NCBI RefSeq assembly: GCF_964188315.1
Contig: NC_135656.1
Coordinates: forward strand, 32,240,001-32,304,000
Length of the DNA stretch: 64,000 nucleotides
From: Podarcis muralis
Taxonomy: Eukaryota
Direction: 5' to 3'
The notes under the pieces are model-generated. The model was not told where the DNA came from. It worked only from the letters and a program-made list of their open reading frames with translations, and did no database searches. A program made the position numbers and the translations under genes. Every line of letters starts with the position of its first letter. Position 1 is the stretch's first letter. Positions 62,096-64,000 of the stretch are shown here, piece by piece.

Positions 62096-62454
62096 GGGAC
62101 GCGGGTGGCGCTGTGGGTAAAAGCCTCAGCACCTAGGGCTTGCCGATCGAAAGGTCGGCGGTTCGAATCCCCGCGGCGGGGTGCGCTCCCGTTGTTCAGT
62201 CCCAGCGCCTGCCAACCTAGCAGTTCGAAAGCACCCCCGGGTGCAAGTAGATAAATAGGGACCGCTTACCAGCGGGAAGGTAAACGGCGTTTCCGTGTGT
62301 GGCTCTGGCTCGCCAGAGCAGCGATGTCACGCTGGCCACGTGACCCGGAAGTGTCTCCGGACAGCGCTGGCCCCCGGCCTCTTGAGTGAGATGGGCGCAC
62401 AACCCTAGAGTCTGTCAAGACTGGCCCGTACGGGCAGGGGTACCTTTACCTTTT
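62096..62454 (+). mobile_element. Sauria SINE, young subfamily, full length
   Basis: GGGACGCGGGTGGCGCTGTGGG...GGTACCTTTACCTTT. TSD TATAGTCACAAAA(GG) at 62083-62095 and 62455-62467. Confidence 0.95.
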
Positions 62455-64000
62455 TATAGTCACAAAAGGACTCCAGTCGTCCATAATTGAGAACTGTGTA
62501 TTTGAAGAGAATTATCAAAGTCTGCCGTACACAAGCCTAGGCAGTGTGTATAGAGGCCCTCCTGGCTGCCCAGATGACAAGATCCCCCTCTTGGCCTCCA
62601 TGTTGTGGTCCAAAGGAAAGCAGAGCAAAACATTTTGGCACCAGCTTAGCTGCAAGAGTTGCTAGAAGGAGGTGTACAACCATATTAAAACTGCAGAATC
62701 TCCTTCAGTCTAGATGAGCTTCTAACCTTTCCTTATCAGCTAAATGCCAGATGCTGAGTCAAAACAGGTTCTCTTCCAGCACCTGTCTTTCAATTAAAAT
62801 CTGTGGCTTTTAAGCCCAAGTAAAAGTAAAGCAGATAAAACAGATATTGCCTGTATGTTGCAACTAATATTGACAACTGAGCCAACTGACTTTAAAACTA
62901 TTCAAAATAAAAACAAATTAAAACAGATGAGGAGCTCAAGGGCAAGCAGCCTTACTCATTGCCATCTTCAACTGGAAGTCTTGTTATTGTGGCCTATGGG
63001 GCTCATGGGAATCATGGTCCAAGACATTTAAGGAGCACCAGGCTGGTGAAATTGCACAAAGTAGCATATGGTGCAAAACTAAGGCAAAATAGCCTATCCT
63101 TTCTAAATTGGTTTAAAATTCAAACACAAAAATATTTCAACGGCCCTCCTGATGTGTATTGCTCAATCCCCAAACATGCAGTGAAAGTTACAGAATCTTT
63201 TTGCCAGCTTTTGTTTTGGCACACTAGCAGGGGGAAAATCCCAGCTGAATCTGCAAGGCCACCACTGTTGAACAAGTGACTACTGGCAGCATATTTTTAG
63301 ATGAGCTATGGTTCTCTGTGTTGTTTTTTTCAAAGATCCCGGTTATTTGAAATGATTTAAGCTGTGGGATATGGTGCTATCCTACCAATATTTATACTTT
63401 GTTCATATAAGTCTGAGCTACCAGATTTACTACTTGCAAAGCATATCCAAGTGTATTTTTGGTTTAACACATGGGGAGATGTTCTGCAACAAGACTGTCT
63501 GGCCACGCAGCAAGAACTAGTATGCAAGCTATATGAGCTATGTAATGAAAACCATTGGGCTGGATGCCGTCCATGAGCCTAGTCCAGTTCTCTAGTGCAT
63601 AATGAGACCAAGATGCAGGTCCAGTCATAAATCTGTCTGCTTCTTAACAGTGAAATATATTGTTTTTATAAAGTTTTTATGGCTGAATGTGCAGTTGTGT
63701 GAATCTTTCGCTTTGACTGCTTCTTTAATGAAAAGCAGCATTGGATGCTAAAACCAAGACCAGGAAGAGAGGGGAGGTTGCTCAACCCCTTTTCACTTGT
63801 CTATTCAAAAGCTCTCCCCCCCACAGCTCTTTTTCTTTCCACTTAGGAAAAGATATGAGAACCCTGTGTCTTTTCCCTTGTGGCTGGTAAAGCAGCATGA
63901 AGAAGTGATTTTGAGTGAAGTGGCAAAAGCCCTTAAAAAGGGCAAAGAACAGGCAAATGAGGGGTATTGCCCAGGAAGTGAGTGTTGCCAAGTGAGAGCC

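Overview
64 kb of AT-rich vertebrate intronic or intergenic DNA, most likely from a lacertid lizard. The taxon is inferred from Sauria-type SINEs with (ACCTTT)n tails and a Squam3-like SINE with a (CTT)n tail. I recognise no protein-coding gene, rRNA, tRNA gene or CRISPR array. The listed ORFs are short and mostly arise from repeats or chance. The window is a dense transposon mosaic: six Sauria SINEs (three young copies with intact TSDs), Squam3/MIR-like SINEs, six Tc1/mariner-type MITEs (TA target), six hAT MITEs with 8-bp TSDs, palindromic MITE-like families, CR1/L2 3' remnants, several LTR-like pieces, a Penelope-type remnant and many microsatellites. The best non-repeat signals are scattered splice-site-bounded exon candidates, mainly on the minus strand. 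The strongest is 34327-34187 (141 nt, open frame, strong-context ATG), which hints at an unidentified large-intron gene. There are also a few CNE-like blocks. I found no convincing novel biological system; the findings are leads of low to moderate interest.
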